Shown: positions 7,583 to 8,091 of the stretch, piece by piece
Layout: every line of letters begins with the position of its first letter
How positions within the stretch are numbered: position 1 is the stretch's first letter
Notes under the pieces: model-generated
The model's database searches: none
Told to the model about the DNA's origin: nothing
The model's input: only the letters and a program-made list of their open reading frames with translations
Translations under genes and position numbers: made by a program
DNA from: Geosiphon pyriformis uo1
Lineage: Eukaryota; Fungi; Glomeromycota
DNA: 8,091 bases
Assembly: GCA_016748015.1 (NCBI GenBank)
Contig: JAAOMT010000767.1
Span: 1-8,091, forward strand
Direction of reading: 5' to 3'

Positions 7583-8091
7583 ACGTAACTATCAAACCAT
7601 TTCTTCAATAATCATGGTGTGGGGGTTTGCTTAAGGGTTATTCAGGGAGTATTTAGTGACGCTTCCTGTATGTGCTTGAGTTGTTGTGGTAAATAGGTAC
7701 CCTTACAACCTACTAGAGCTCTTACCCATGACCATAGACCTTCCTACCATTACCATGATTACCCTTACAAACTCTATACAAACAAAGCAGCTTACCACAT
7801 ACCCCAAACAAACCCCAATCAACCAACCCAACCTACACAGATCCCACTAGGGACACCTATGTACCTATCAGATGGGACCCAACCAATCCCTCCCGATATA
7901 CCATGGGTTGTATGGATCCCACCGACTTCCCCCCACAAGTTCAGGATTGGTGTGGTTATGGTATCCTCCAGATGTACAAGGGGCATGTAAATGATCCTCT
8001 TTGACCAAATAGAGTAACTCAAAGATATCAAGCAACCTCCAATTAGTAACCCATATATAGTCAAAAGGGATATGGTCCTGGGAGGATACAG
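7576..8091 (+). repeat. Terminal direct repeat, copy 2
   Basis: Exact copy of 1-516. The ORF track also duplicates the same minus-strand peptide (244-546 and 7819-8064). Confidence 0.97.

Noticed and set aside
244-8064. The 24 short ORFs of the supplied track as real genes
   Set aside because: All are 161 aa or shorter, overlap on both strands, have compositions dictated by C/A or G/T skew, and show no recognisable domain.
7563-8091. LTR retrotransposon (G run as polypurine tract, 516-nt repeats as LTRs)
   Set aside because: No TG...CA termini, primer-binding site or gag/pol. The repeat simply runs to both window edges, as an assembly overlap would.

Overview
Bases 1-516 are repeated exactly at 7576-8091, so the window is one 7,575-nt unit plus overlap: a circular molecule or one unit of a tandem array, opened inside a G20 run. 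I recognise no protein-coding gene, rRNA, tRNA, canonical ribozyme or transposon. The longest standard-code ORF is 161 aa and the ORF-track proteins mostly mirror base-composition skew. By eye, the + strand shows (i) many nested 8-15 bp stems with G-U rather than A-C mispairs, (ii) about eight CG/GC-containing islands that fold into multibranch structures in an otherwise CG-poor, palindrome-rich background, and (iii) a recurring motif CUUU-(ACC/CGC)-stem-loop containing GUAAG-AG(U/C)C-purines at about 1.6-2.1 kb intervals. My best hypothesis (inference) is a large, apparently non-coding, highly structured single-stranded circular element. An alternative is an element read with TAA/TAG=Gln, in which long ATGA-coupled ORFs tile much of the + strand, but the statistical support for that is weak. 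All pairings and counts were done by eye and need computational confirmation.
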